Assembly (NCBI GenBank): GCA_964016885.1
Contig: OZ024740.1
Location: 135,718,001-135,782,000, forward strand
Direction: 5' to 3'
Source: Eledone cirrhosa
Lineage: Eukaryota
DNA length: 64,000 nucleotides
Positions within the stretch are counted from its first letter, which is position 1, and the number at the start of each line of letters is the position of its first letter. The translations under genes were made by a program, and so were the position numbers. The notes below the pieces were generated by a model. It saw nothing but the letters and a program-made list of their open reading frames with translations, had not been told where the DNA came from and searched no databases. Of the stretch, positions 11,265-24,746 are shown one piece after another.

Positions 11265-13585
11265 ATATAACAAGGACCTGATGAAGATTAAAATATATTA
11301 AGGCTCTTAAGAGAAAATCTAGATATTAAGATACATCTTGGCAAAGTGATATATTTTACGTGTAGACACCTTAAAATATAAAAAATTGTAAGGTGTAGGT
11401 CTGTAGGGATGACAGCTTTAGCTGTGTTAATAATTATTAACATGTTTTCTTGACATATAACAGTTGTTTTTTTAAAAAATAATTTTAAACAAAGTCCACG
11501 TTTGATATGTCTGGTAACTATTGGGAGAAGCTAGAATTGTGTCAACTGCTTTGGAGAAGGGTGGGGTAGAATAAAATTAATAGTTAACCTATTAATTACT
11601 TCAATACAATACTACTTGAAACCAGTCCTGGTTCTACAATTCAAACCTATTTATATTTATCTAAAAACATTCCACCATAATTTTATGTAAGAACCTTTCT
11701 GGTGTTATTTTTCAAAAGCTTATATATAATGAGTAAGTTATTTTACTAAATCCCTCCAAATTTTTGATTATTTTTGAGAAGCAAACAGATATAAAGTAGA
11801 TAAACGAAGTAATCATTTATGGTTGTTTCTATCAGCTAGGAGATATTTGAAGTGGAAGTCTAGTCAGAGTGATTGCATTTCTTTCACATTGATACACCTC
11901 TTAGGATAAATAGTTGTATAGAAGTTAGTTTAAGAGCTGTTTCTAGGGGCAGTTGAAACATTAAGAGTTCAGTTGCTTTGTTTGTTTGTAGTTGTTGGTG
12001 TTATTTAGCCCCAGATGAGCTCTGATCAAGTAAACCTACAGTGAACGGCATTCCAAGTGTGTATGTGACTAACTTTTCTTTTTGCCAGGTATAATTTGTC
12101 TAGAACTATATTATCCAATGTCATCTTTTTTGTAAGACAGGGTGTGATTTGAAGGACATTTGGTTGATATTTCTAGCAGGTTGAACACCCACATACACAG
12201 AGGAAGATGTTGCTGTACCATGTAATGATGACAAATGTAGATTATCATCATCATTTAACGTCTGAGAATATTTATTGATAATGTTGAATGTGTTTCTGTG
12301 TGTGTACATGCAGAGTGAAGAAGGAGGCAAGATAGGCTGTGAATGTTATGCTTTGGCTGCAGGTATACTGTTTGGATTATGAAGGGATATGTAAAATTCA
12401 GTGAAACGAGAGGAATTCCTTTCAGCAAGGAACATAAGGCATAGCTGCAGGTGTGAAATAAGATGTTATGTTGCACAATGACATTTTTTACTCTCTTGAT
12501 AATTATCTTAAAACACTTTTATTGTAGTTACAGCAGGTGATTTCTTCCACATGTTTTAGACTGTATATTTTATTTCTATTGTTTTAGTCCAGCTTCTGTC
12601 TGTCAGTAATTGGTAAACTATAAGACTTTATCATGTGGAGCTGTGAAATGTTTTTTTTTTAGAAAGATTATCTTCATTACTCATGCAAGTGTCTTTTTAG
12701 TGTTTATGAGGAGTGTGTGTGGGTGGAGGGTGGGGTGTTCTTTAGAGAATACAATGTAGAGAGAGAAAAGCAGTGCCCGTCACTCTTTTCAGAGCCTCTA
12801 CTAAAAACATGGTATAAATGCTTGCAATAGAGTAGGCCATGATGTTAAGAGCGGGAACAAATACTGCAAGGCACCTCATCTGGTGCTCTAACAAATCCGT
12901 CAATCCACTGCCCCGAACTGGTACTTTATTTTATCAACCTTGAAAGGATGAAAAGCATAGTTGACCATAGCAGCATTTGAACTTAGCAAGTGTAAAGCTG
13001 GAATAAATACCATAAGTCATTTTGTCTTACTTTTTAACACTGCCAACTTGCTCTCTATATCTTTGATGGATTAAAGAAAAAGTTAAGATAGCAGAAGTTT
13101 GTCCAATTAGCTGATTTGAATGATAATTGATATGTGGAGCTGCAGCTGTCGAGCTGTGAATCCATTTGAAAATACAGCGATCCTATAATCCCATGAACAA
13201 AACAGTAAATTGATAGAGTCATTAGAACGTTAGATAGAACGCTTTGCAGTATCTGTTTCAGCTTTCTGCACTCTGAGTTTAAATTCTGCCAAGATCAATT
13301 TTGCCTTTTATCCTTTCAAAATCAATAAATAAAGTACCAGCACAGTACTAGAGTCAATTATTCTTCTGTCTCTCACTCTCTTTCTTTCTCTCTGGAAGAA
13401 ATCAACTGTATTCAAGCCTGGAGAGGGGTGGACTTCAAGTTTAAAATGCCCAGTTTGAGGCTCAACACCACATTACGATTGTGAGATCAACACTCTAACC
13501 ACTGAGATGTGCATGTTTACTCTTAACCATTGTACTGATAGATAATAGGAATATCACATAAGAAAAATAAAGGTTCATTCAATTA

Positions 13586-13591
13586 TTTATT
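13586..13591 (-). terminator. candidate polyadenylation signal for DTWD2
   Basis: AATAAA on the minus strand ~370 nt after the stop; AT-rich context, so weak. Confidence 0.3.
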
Positions 13592-13958
13592 TGTCAACAA
13601 TTATCTCAAGTAGAACCATGATATATTCTCACATAGTTGACACTGTAACACATAACTGTTCCAAGCTTTCTCATGAAAATTCTGAATTTACAGATAACAA
13701 CAAAAGTATTTATAGAGAACGTTTAGTAACAATTTAAAAACAAAATTTATGATACCTAGATAAACTGATAAATAAACTATATCCTCATAAATAAAACATT
13801 CTTTCTGCTTCCATATAGAAAGAAAAGAAAATGTATTCCAAACAAAACAGATTTCATTTTTCTCATTCGACAGATATTATTCACTTTGAAAATAAATATA
13901 ACGAAACCCAAATTACTAAGTGACAGGACATCAAAATTGAAAGCAGCTAAGATAGTTC

Positions 13959-14105
13959 TCAGCTGACGTTAAGTTTTTTCAACCAAGAAGATTTAATCTT
14001 TTTTCTATAAAGTCCATTTTTAATGAGATATTCTTTACTCTGATGTTTCTGAGCACCATGGTTCAACTGGAACTGACACAAAGCTTCCAAAGGTTTTGTA
14101 AGAGT
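13959..14105 (-). CDS. DTWD2: DTWD2 exon 6, terminal ([19 protein letters not shown]...KNGLY...VS*)
   Basis: Acceptor taacag|ACT; TGA at 13961-13959; LCxFQLxHGAQ and KNGLY match the DTWD2 C-terminus. The six exons total 756 nt = 251 aa + stop. Confidence 0.93.
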   Translation of the reverse strand, partial: TLTKPLEALCQFQLNHGAQKHQSKEYLIKNGLYRKKIKSSWLKKLNVS

Positions 14106-14594
14106 CTGTTAAAAACAAGATAAAGTATTATTAATTAAATTCAAACTAAGAATTATATTTTAAATGAAATTCTCTTTTTATGTGATATAACAAAGTTATA
14201 ATGCTTTCGCTGACATCTTTTACAAATAAAATAAAAACTATTGAAATAAAATGTAAAAAGGTGAGTCTACTCGCTCAGTGTTGATCCACCAATCTGTTAC
14301 TCATCAACAACTGTCTATCGAACATTAATTGAGCATCAGAGTTTCATTCAAAACAGTTACCAGTACCAACGGCAGATAGAGAGTCAGTAGCTTGGCGAAG
14401 GTTCAGCACCAGGGAAAAAAAAGACACATTTGATGCCCACACCTTCATTAACAGGTGTGATAAGCTAGAGGAAATGTTTCACCTGGCAGTGACTGCTAGA
14501 CTTCTGTAGAGTGAATGGTACAGGTCGCTTCAAGCTGTCCTGTGGTAGATATATGATGACACATTTAGAAAAGAATATTGAAGAGTTGTCTTAC

Positions 14595-14723
14595 TTCCAC
14601 AAGGTGTGATTTCTTTTCAAGGAAAGATAACGCTACAGCAGCAGACTCTAGAGTAGACAGACACACATCAGTTGGTTGAGTTCGAATGACATATTTGCTA
14701 ATCATACCACTCTTAATCTGAAC
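14595..14723 (-). CDS. DTWD2: DTWD2 exon 5 ([43 protein letters not shown])
   Basis: Acceptor ttccag|GTT, donor GAA|GTAAG; 129 bp; YVIRxQP and CLSTLE are typical DTWD2 motifs. Confidence 0.94.
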
Positions 14724-15709
14724 CTGGAAGAGATAAAATTAACTCAGTGTAATGTAGCAAATCTGAATTTTGTAGAAATTATAAACAACAAAATTTGCCT
14801 ACCATAGCCACAGCATAGTACTGGAACTAGTAAAAGAGTAATGAACTAATTATATTTTGTAAAAATTAAATTATGAAGGCAAATAAAACCCTTTCAAATT
14901 ATATGATAACAAAGAATCCTAAAAAATATTTTTAATAAATCACCTGAAATTGATGATATGAAGACAGTCCATCTTAAAATCTCTTTTGATACAAGAAAAG
15001 TTATCAAAGATTGCTATTCATCAATTGAGAATAAGTATTACTAATTATGAAATTTTACTAACTTTATCAGTGTAGTCTTCTCCCTTGCATACTACATCTG
15101 ATGCCTCTAATATTCAGCTTTGCTCTCAGCTCATTTGTCCTCCGTTATTCTTGCACACTAACATTACACATCCAGCAAACTATGTTTAATACATTTCTTT
15201 CCAACCGTTATAAATACTCTGTATCCAAAGCCCATGTCTTGCTACTATGCAGTATCGCACTTCATACAAAAATATCATACAATCTGCCCTTCACTCTGAA
15301 AGAAAAATCTTTTATTTCTAGTATAAAACCTAGTAATATAACTTTCTCATCATTAAACTGGTGTTTGGAACATAATATTCTTACATAAAATTATGATGAA
15401 AGTTTAAATTTAAATATGAACACTTTAAAACAAACAGCTTTGTATTACAGAACCATGGATAGTTTCAGAAAGGTTAATTTAATAATTGGTGCTATTAAAA
15501 TAAAATGTTTTTTTGTTAGCATTGATCAGAGTAATCTAAATTCAAAACCATTTTATATTTCTTCCCTTCCCACTCATGGATGTTGGTATTCATCATACTT
15601 CCACATAGAACTAATCAATGCTCTTGTCTTTTTTCTTCCATGTATTCATTCTAGAATTAGTTAATTGGTCATCAAAGCTAGAGCACATTCAAAGGAAATA
15701 TTTGTTTAC

Positions 15710-15899
15710 CTTTTGTGGCCACTTCATCATAAGATTCTGATGAAAAAGACCACGGGCTTGTGACCAGGTGCCATCCAACAGCACCAGGTTATATCCTGTT
15801 CCTTGACAATTTGGTAGGTCCATTATATCAATAGCATCTGATCCAGGATAAAGTAGTAGAGTATTAGGATCCTTCATTAAAGCTGCCAATTCTGGGTAC
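15710..15899 (-). CDS. DTWD2: DTWD2 exon 4 (contains LLYPG and the DGTW signature)
   Basis: Acceptor tttag|G, donor AAG|GTAAA; 190 bp; translation YPELAALMKDPNTLLLYPGSDA...LVLLDGTWSQARGLFHQN...PQK carries the DXTW motif. Confidence 0.96.
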
Positions 15900-16456
15900 C
15901 TAAACAATATAAAAAATAAGGGCAGATATATGCAATCAATCAGAAACGCTGAATAACAATAAAACCTAAAGAAATGAGGTTGGTCTTTGAAATATGAAAT
16001 GAAATTTACAGTTACACTTATGCAGGTTTAGCTGGTCTCCTACAAGGTTGAGTAGCACAGGAGGTTTCTTGAGTGTTTTAAGATAGAGGGTCCAAGTCCT
16101 ATCATGTTGTTGTTACAACTCACACCTATGCAGATTTAGCTGGCCTCCTACAAGGTTGTGACTCATAGGAAGTTTCTTGGGTGTTTTAATTATGGAGCAT
16201 TTTGCTTGAGAACACAATGTGACACTCAGCTTAGGAATTGAATCCACATTATGATCATGAGTCCAACACCCTAACCACAAAGCTATACATTTTCAGTCTT
16301 TGAAATATTGGTAGTAAAGAATTTTTCTTCCCCAAGCAATCACCCAGCAATTAATTTCTACAATAGATTTTAATAATCATTTTGGCCTATCTTTTTTAAC
16401 CATTTTAATACCAATCTACATGATACTGCTCATACTAAATTATCCATATTAAAATT

Positions 16457-16592
16457 GGCAGTATCGGTAGAGGGTCGGACGCCAAATCTCGCCGAGGTTA
16501 CCTTTGCCTTTCATCCTTACAGGGTCGATAAAATAAAGTACCAATAATGTACTGGGATAATTGCTGGCCTTGTGCCAATAGTAGAAACAATT
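16457..16592 (+). mobile_element. SINE family A, internally deleted copy nested in a TTAA-type MITE
   Basis: Same head and core; TSD ATTAAAATT on both sides. Confidence 0.8.
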
Positions 16593-16929
16593 AAAATTAT
16601 AAGCTCAATCTAAATTGTATTATAGTATGAATTATATCACGATTTTAGTTGGTCAACATCAACATATCATACAAATATATAAAGTTAGATATTTTACTAA
16701 ACACATAAAAAATTTGATATTAAAAATTAATTGAAACACAGGCTGTCAACTCGTTAGAAATGTAGGCACAAAAGGGTTAAGTGACTTCTAACAAGTTTCT
16801 ATTAGCAAGAATTTAACTGTTTTTCTTTGATCTTCCTTTTTCTCTTTTTTTTTTTCTTTGCCTATTCAAGGAGGGAATAGCAGTGCCATGGCCCTCTTCA
16901 GGGCCTCTGAAACTAATGGGAAGAAGTGA

Positions 16930-17282
16930 GGAAGTTATGCTCAAACCAGAGACCTGGCCTGAATACTTGCAAAAGAATGGGCTCTGCTAAATGCATTCAA
17001 AGACCAAGTGATGAATAATTAAGTTTTGAAAATTTGGTTGTATGCATGGATGATAACAGCTAAGTAAAGATGTACCAGGTGTTCCAAGTGGAAGTAGTAA
17101 ACTGTGGAAATGGAAGGTCAAGAAAGACATGGGCAGAAGTGGTGAAAGCTAATCTCAGAATGCTGAACATCACAAAGGAGACGACAAAAACAACACAACT
17201 AAAGGCAAGATGTTGTGTTGGAGAAGACCCATCCAACTCATGCAAGCATGGAAGAGTGGATGTAAGAATTGATGATGATGTT
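16930..17282 (+). mobile_element. old RTE LINE 3' fragment in DTWD2 intron 3
   Basis: GRSRKTWAEVVKANL frame followed by the RTE-type tail CCAACTCATGCAAGCATGGAA...GATGATGATG. Confidence 0.7.
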
Positions 17283-17588
17283 TTATAATTTAGGCACACG
17301 GCCAACAGTTTTACATCGACCCCAGTGCTTGAATAGTATTTCATTTTATCAACCACAAAAGGATAAAAGGCAAAGTTGGCTTCAGTAACATTTGAAATTC
17401 AGAAGGTAAAGAGCAGGAACAAATGTTGTTAAGCATTTGTCTGATGGTGAAACAACTTCCAATCAATCACCCTAAAAATGATGATGATGATAACTGTTAA
17501 AACAGTTGATATGATGGGCTAGGCAATTCAGGACAGTGTCCCAGCATGGCCCTATTTCAATGACTGAAAATAGTAAAAGAATACTTAC

Positions 17589-17683
17589 TTTTCAGGCGAG
17601 AATCTTTTCCCACGAATAATATGGCATTTTCCTGGTGGCAGGCTGTGATACAGCATAGGAACAGTACGTAGACATTGATTATC
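17589..17683 (-). CDS. DTWD2: DTWD2 exon 3 (DNQCLRTVPMLYHSLPPGKCHIIRGKRFSPEK)
   Basis: Acceptor tctgtag|GAT, donor AA|GTAAGT; 95 bp; LRTVP and GxRFS resemble vertebrate DTWD2. Absent from the ORF track; read manually. Confidence 0.92.
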
Positions 17684-18857
17684 CTACAGAATTCGAAAAA
17701 TAAACAGCAATAAAATTATACAAAAGATTAGTAAAATAATTTAACTTGCCCCAAATTGCCAGTATTCAAATAAAAATTCAAATTATGGACTAAAATATCA
17801 TTATTATATTTGTTTTTGATTATTAAGTTGAAAGTTAGTTATTTCAATAAATCTGTCATATTCTTGACTATTTTGATAAGTAAAACACACAGGCAGTATA
17901 CTCTTTTTAGAATATGGTCACAAAAGTATTCAAACTGGAGTCATGTCCGTATGTAACAGGTGGTGCAGTAAATAAATATATACATATACACCAGGTCAGA
18001 ACACAAAAGAACCAAACTCCCACTGTCATTGCCTCTGTCTCTCCCCATCTCTCACTATTATGACCAAATGGGGGTCCATATGCTGGCTGCCCCGTGGCCA
18101 GAATAGAGAAAACATTACCCTGGAGGATGGTGAGGGAGACATGCTGGAAGAGCCATTCCCAGCTCGTGAGGCTCACACCTGTAGGTAGCCAACTCTGTCC
18201 CAATAGAAGTGAGTAGGGAAGTGGCCCTATGGCCAAGGACAACAGAAGTCTCCACTGCTACCTGCCCGACCACAAACATGTCAGAGAGCGACCAATCACA
18301 AAATTATCATACCTTCCAGAGTATTTCAATATTTACATAGAATAGGAAACTTTTTGTATATAGAAATAAACCAAAAGCCTTGTCCATACAAGAAATATAA
18401 TTGGGAACTTTCAACTTGTGAAATATTTAAAACCATTTTTTAATTAAGAAAACTTTAGAATAAAAAATATGAATATAAACTAGACCATAATGTCTTTCAA
18501 TGACAAGAGCTGATTAACATGTGCAGTAAGGCTGTGTGGTAAAGAAGTTTGATTTTCAGTTATGTTTTTCTGGGTTCTAGACCACTGTGTGGCATCTTGA
18601 GTAGAGAATTTAACTCATTCAATTAGTTACGACAGTATTTTTTTCATTTTTGTGTAGTTCATTGATTCTTGACATTAAATAATGACATTGTATAGGAAAG
18701 GGGAGATAAGAGTTTTTTGAGTAACTTTCTAGTCATTTATATAAATACTGCTTAAAATATCAAGCTTTCAAAAATGAATCTATGTTAAAATAATACATTT
18801 TAACAAGAAATTATTTGTAAAAAAAACAAACAAAATCCATGTGAGAAGGTTGTTTAC

Positions 18858-18948
18858 CTCAAATGGATGTTGAAGAATATAAATTGTGGTAGAGAGCTGA
18901 ATTGGTTCCCGTGGGAGATATGGACACCAGCAAACTGTCACAGGACGA
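18858..18948 (-). CDS. DTWD2: DTWD2 exon 2 (RPVTVCWCPYLPREPIQLSTTIYILQHPFE)
   Basis: Acceptor ttctttag|T, donor GAG|GTAAA; 91 bp, phase-consistent; contains the IxQHPxE motif of DTW-domain proteins. Confidence 0.93.
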
Positions 18949-19164
18949 CTAAAGAATAAACAATTATCTGATTGAATTACAAACATAAAATGTACGCAAA
19001 AAAAGTGAAAAAACAATCAAAGGAATTGAAACATTATACATGGATACATAGATTTTACTGACAAAAATTGCACAATTATAGCTTCCATTACTGGGAAGAA
19101 TGAAGTACTTTTGTCCAGAAGATGTGTATTCTTTTATTGATGAATGCACCATAGACATAATGGA

Positions 19165-19395
19165 GGCATGTAGCCTAGTGGTAGGGGTGTTGAACTTACA
19201 ATTATAATGTTGTGAGTTCAATTCTTGGACTGGGTAGTGTGTTCTGTTCTCGAGCAAAACACCTCATTTCATGTTGCGCCAGTATACTCAGCTGAAAATG
19301 AATACCGGCAATAGCTGGGGGTTTAACCCTGCAATGGACTAGCATCCTATCCAGGGGGAAGACTTGTACTCTTGGTCGCTCACCTCAAAACTGGG
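19165..19395 (+). mobile_element. tRNA-derived SINE family B with CORE-like domain (others ~27818-27940, 28155-28450, 44462-44610; minus ~6600-6788, 28680-28880)
   Basis: Head GCCTAGTGGTAGGG...GAGTTCAATTC; body GT(T/C)CTTGAGCAAGACAC-T-ATTTCAC-TTGCTCCAGT-CACTCAGCTGAAAATGAGTACC. Confidence 0.7.
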
Positions 19396-19603
19396 ATAGA
19401 GATGTATACAGGTAATATTGGAAAGTATATAATGTGTGGTGGGTGAGCAGAAATGAGTGGGTTCTCATCTGAGTTTGGGTAGGTAACCCTAGATGTTTTC
19501 CATGTATATCTTGTATTAGTTATAGTTTTATTATAATTTTATATATATTTCCTGTTTTATCAATTTTTCTCCATCTATCTTCATCCTTGTTTTATATAAT
19601 CAT

Positions 19604-19689
19604 TTTTGTCCAGCCTCTTATGTATTGTAATTCTTGTTTTGTCCAGCCTCTTATGTATTGTAATTCTTGTTTTGTCCAGCCTCTTATGT
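19604..19689. repeat. 33-bp tandem repeat, ~2.6 copies
   Basis: GTCCAGCCTCTTATGTATTGTAATTCTTGTTTT recurs at 19608, 19641 and 19674. Confidence 0.9.
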
Positions 19690-20829
19690 TTCTAACATTT
19701 ATACATGCAACTCTTGTGGCTAATAATAACTATTATCATTTTGTAAAGCAGAAATAAGTTGTCTCTTTACATTCAAATCACTTGGAGGTGGACTTTACCT
19801 TTCACCATTCTGGGATTGATAAAACAAGTACCAGTCAAGTACTGTGATAGATTTGACTGATGGAACTATTACCCACACATTTCTGGCTTTGTATCTAAGT
19901 TTAAGAAACATTAGTATTATTTGTCAAAGGCTACTGCATGTATCTGGTTTAGAATAGGTACACTGTATTCCTATGTGTTGTAAGAGGCAACTAAAAGGGT
20001 TGGTGACAGAAAAAGTTTCCAGGTGTAAGATATTTCCATAAAATGGTTTTAAAGCCCCTGTTGAAGTAAGGATTATTTTTGCAGGCATTTAAAAAAAAGA
20101 GCCCAACAATGAGTATGATGATTATCATGGTTCCTGCAAGGCTAACCCCTGCTTTAGCAGGGAATATTACCTTCAAATGCACATTGTTGAAGAAGGGGTC
20201 TGCACCAATCTTCTCCCTACCCCTCTCCCATCACCCTCACCAGCTAAATATCCCTCTCACCTCGCCCATGTCAAACTTGCATGCTTGCTCTCCTTCCCAC
20301 CTTCCACATTCTGTCCAACCCATGCATACAAGCATGGAAAGCTAGACATGCTTCCACATCTGCTCTCACATATTGCTGCTGCAACAAAAAAGCACTTAGT
20401 CTATCCTGTATGGTGATCTGGTACTACAACAGTACAACCCGTAAGGTAATTATGTTGGTAACATAGCAAGAGGCAGCACCCAATCCATCCTGTTAGGTGA
20501 TTGTGCTAGTAACACGAGAAAAACCACCATGTTCACCATGTAAGATGGTTGTGCTGATGACACAATAAAAAGCGCCAAATTCACCCTCTGAGGTGATCGT
20601 TCTGGTGACATATAACCACTTATTTCACACTGTAACATGGTTGACATTTAGAAGAGCATCCAGTTGTAGAAACCAAACCAAAATACAAATCTGTATGAGA
20701 AAGACATGGTCACCTCACCCGACATATCTCATAATGTGACAACCTGTCTAACCCATGCTAGCATGAAAAATAGATGTTAAAGGATGATGTACTTTGCAAG
20801 AGCCCTCCAACTGATGATGCAGGGAAAAT

Positions 20830-22420
20830 GCGGTCTGCACATCTATACAAAAATGGCTGGCAAAAGTTTTTAAAGGAAGGTACGATGCAGTAGTGATGAG
20901 GAGTATAGGAGATGTAGATGCATTGGGTTAGTTTGGGAAGAGGGGGCATGGTGAATGTAGGCATGTTTATGTTCATTCTCTATTTTGGGAATGAAACACA
21001 AGCATATGTCTCCATAAGTTGGAATAGATTGCCATAGAGTATTGTCAGATTGTGAGTGATTTTAGGAGTGCACTGTTTGAGGATAACAGAGAGGATACAA
21101 TCAGACAAGTTGCCTTTTTGGGTTGGATTGATAGAAGTTTCCACACTTGGTAAAACAAGGAAGTTGCAACTGGGATTTGCTGTGCATGGAATTGAAAATA
21201 AAATTTAGCAACAGATGTGATGGCTTTGTCTGCAGACATGTCACTTAGAAAATCCTCTTTGCTGAGGAGTGGACAATAGGAGAATTTTGCAAAGTTAGTC
21301 AGAAAACCTAACTGTAATGTAGAGGTATGACAACTTATAAGACATGTAATAGACAAAGACATCCTCACTTTCTTGATTGTTAAATTGTAGGCACTATGAT
21401 CATGACTTTGTCCAGATATTGTAAATTATGTTCTTCACCTGTACAACTGCATATGAACACTGGATGTTGCAAGGGTTGTGCAATTAGAATGATGATATTA
21501 GTAATCCATCTGCTTTGCTATCTTGTATGGAAACAGATTTACTGTCAGAGAGGGGTACAGTGTCAGTGACACTTTTCAGGACCTTCATGGCTGACAGGAA
21601 ATGAAGTAAATTATCCTTAAACTGGAGACCAGTCCTGAGTGCTTGTAATAGAATGAACTCTGCTAAATGTACCCAAGAATTAGCAAAGCTCTGATCAGCT
21701 GTTTTGGAAATTTTTAGTAAGATGCCTTGATTAGGCAGTGATCAGATGATTCACTGGAAGTTAAGAGTGTTTCAGAAGTTGGTCAGGGCTATTAGTTAGT
21801 GAGGACACTAATTGGTGCACTCAGCTCAGGATGGTTAAATATTTATTTTCTGTGCCAACAACAGCTGTGTGCGAGCCAAAAAGTTGAATGCATAAAGTTG
21901 TTCAGCCTCAGATCGATCCTGACTGAGAAAACCTACAATCAAAGACATTTCAGCCATGACCATCTTGTCATTTATTCAATTATATTGTATCTAACACTAC
22001 CTTATGTGCCCTTCTTTTAAACACAGTAGAGTGTGATTTGATTGTTATTTCTACTAAGTCATACAACCTTGTAGAAGTTTTCTCAAACATATAGGGGGAT
22101 GATAAATTCAGAGAGAAGTAAATGGAGATAAATATCCTTTACGAAAATTATTATAATGTAGAGTAAACCATAACAAAAGAATATGGATTAGAGATATAGG
22201 AAAGAGATTAGAGGCATAGATTCAGTGTTAGGAGGAAATGGTGGATCAAGGTCAGATCAAAATTTACAGATGTTGGTGCATAGGGAAGAGAAAGTTGTCT
22301 TGTGGATTGATTTTCAACATTTTTTAAAGAGATTTTGTCATAATTTTGGGGAAGAAGAGAAGACAGGATTCATGAATGGCAAACAAGGTCTGTAATTGGG
22401 CAGCCTGCCACACTGTCTAG
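20830..22420 (-). mobile_element. heavily decayed LINE (CR1/L2-like), interrupted by a short repeat
   Basis: Fragmentary minus-strand frames resembling the PKKA-GPD-I pre-RT segment and APE pieces; boundaries approximate. Confidence 0.35.
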
Positions 22421-23375
22421 TGCAGGGTTGCCAGATTTTCCAACACAGCTTTTAATCGGGACACAAATTTCCACGATCTGTCAGACTAGTTTACAAGCAA
22501 ACATTTTCATTTTAGGCTACTACTTTTCGAAAATTGTGTAATTACTTTGTACAAAATAGATTTGGCAACTCTGGTTAAGTGGCAAGCTTCCACGTGAAAC
22601 CTTTACCTTATGAAGATAAAATGGCAATATTGAATCGTGAGGTTGAGTTCGATCCTGGGCCCTTGCGATGTAATGTGTCCTTCAGCAAGATGCTTTATTT
22701 CACATTGTTTCTTCTGACAGGAGTTATGACCAGGAGATGGTATCAACAATTGGAAAGACCAATGGAAACATTGTTTCCTTGGTCCAATCTGACAAGTTCC
22801 ACCACACTCGTAAGCGAATGAGGTCTGAGATCTTATCGTTCGTTCCTCGAATGACATATTTTTACTTTCAAACTGAGTGCTTACAAGTGAGTGAAGGCCA
22901 TCCAAAAACAGCCAATAACTGGTATTAAACCAGACAGTACATTGGGCATATCTCCTTTGTTGTTAATAATCAGCTCCACTGATTATTTACAAACCATTCA
23001 TCAAATATTTCATACTCAACAAATTAAAATTTTGTTGTTATTTGGGTTTTCCAGTATTCTATCAGATATAAAACTACGATGCGATCGGTTTACGTTTTAA
23101 TTAATGTTCAGTAATACTTTTAGTAACAGTAATGTTCTTCTTAATGCAACGATCATACAGAAATTTACTTCGTTTGGATAGCATGTGTATTTTAATCTCT
23201 GTCAATAGTTTCACCGATGTCTTCAAAGACTTTGGTGAAGTGAAAACATGGAAGCAATTGTTGATTACACATAAAATAATTCATACTTTCTTTTAAATAG
23301 TCATTAAGTCAAACGATAAAGTTTAAATTTAAACTACTATATATATATTCAATTTATCAGGGGTAAATAGTGGGT

Positions 23376-23423
23376 CTTGTTATTCTGGAGTTTCGCCTGT
23401 TTATCATAGGGTCATCAGATAAG
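23376..23423 (-). ncRNA. degenerate type I hammerhead motif in DTWD2 intron 1 (Penelope-like pLTR relic between TA tracts)
   Basis: CTTAT-CTGATGA-CCCT-ATGATAAAC-AGGC-GAAA-CTCCAGAA-TA-ACAAG; core intact, mismatches in stems I-III. Confidence 0.55.
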
Positions 23424-23456
23424 GAATATCAAAACACTAAGTCGTCAAGCACTTCC

Positions 23457-23505
<49 letters not shown>

Positions 23506-23780
23506 TACAGGGTGCCTCCCAAAATGTATACACTTTTTTTTAGAATGCTGTTGAAGTGTGTATACATTTTTGGGGACACCTTGTGTGTGTGTGTGTATAT
23601 ATATATATATTTATATACAAATTTTAGTACAGCATTAACGAAGCTTTAGTTTGCGGCCAAGCTAACGAATGCAAATTCGGTATGTAGCTTTAGCACTCGA
23701 TAGGGAATAGTACCCTAGAGTAATAACAATACGTTTAGACAGCTTTGCAAATCAAATATAGCGATCGGCAGTCCAGCCGC

Positions 23781-23794
23781 ATTGCCATAGCAAC
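23781..23794. promoter_or_regulatory. RFX X-box-like palindrome in DTWD2 intron 1
   Basis: ATTGCCATAGCAAC, one mismatch from GTTGCCATAGCAAC, in a locally CpG-retaining segment. Confidence 0.3.
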
Positions 23795-24642
23795 GAAAAT
23801 GGTTGGACTAAAAAAAAAGATATATATATATATTTGTAACGGAATACTCCATCACTAGATATTAATTTATTATTCTAGTTGTCAATAAGAACAGCATGCA
23901 GTAAATGATCAAAAGTAGTATTTTCTGGTGTGGAATTGGTGTAAAAGAAAGGAAGATAAAATCATAACAGAATAATATTTAGCTCATTCCTATAGTGATG
24001 ATATATCGATATAACAATCTTTCCAAGAATGTCCCCCACGACAGAGGGAGGAGAGCAACTCCTAATCAGTATGCAGCAGTTAAAAGAATTGGAAGATGTA
24101 AACTTCACTACAATAACACACTTTAATAATGTTGATTAACAACAAGAATTGCCTTTTGTTAAAAATTCCCGCCTATCGATTGGGAGATGAAAAGATATAG
24201 ACATTATTACTAGTGACGGAATATCCGCACATAAACTATGAAATTTCTTATTTGTGTTTTATGAAGTAAATAGACAAAAGAAACAAGCTTTTCATCAGAG
24301 ATCTAGATATAGCCATTTACGTTGGACAGACAATTTTTTTAACTGCTTGTTAAGCAAGTTTTGTAAATATTATCATGAAAGAATGGCGATGATGTGTTAA
24401 GTTTTAAACATGAACTCACGAGGTCTAAAATAATTGTTATAAATACAATTTGGGAGAACAGTGAGATCAGGTTTGAAGTAACTGATAAAAATTATATGTA
24501 GCGCTTAATATTAATCTGCGTTAACTGACTATAATATAAAATTAATTGTGGTTAACACCAGTAATGCAAATGTACGACAGCGAAGAGCGAATTGTTTATA
24601 ATTACACATGAGTAGTACAATTTAAATGCATTATTTACTAAC

Positions 24643-24746
24643 CAACATCGGCTACATGTCTGACGCTTGGTATTAATAATAGGTTCTTCATTTGCAAAAT
24701 CATAAAGATCGTCCAGGAAAGATTCCGTCTCGACGTCGTCATCCAT
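24643..24746 (-). CDS. DTWD2: DTWD2 exon 1 (MDDDVETESFLDDLYDFANEEPIINTKRQTCSRC)
   Basis: ATG at 24746; donor TG|GTTAGT after 24643 (phase 2) joins exon 2 to give C-S-R-C-C-R-P-x-x-V-C-x-C, the N-terminal Cys cluster of DTW proteins. The start codon choice is inferred (the frame is open further upstream). Confidence 0.85.

Noticed and set aside
11278-11320. CTGATGA matches here and at ~20812, ~32221, ~44681 and ~45211 as hammerheads
   Set aside because: No convincing stem II plus GAAA plus stem I pairing.
17907-18300. GC-richer block with a 111-aa ORF in DTWD2 intron 2
   Set aside because: No recognisable domain or splice support; probably an unclassified repeat.
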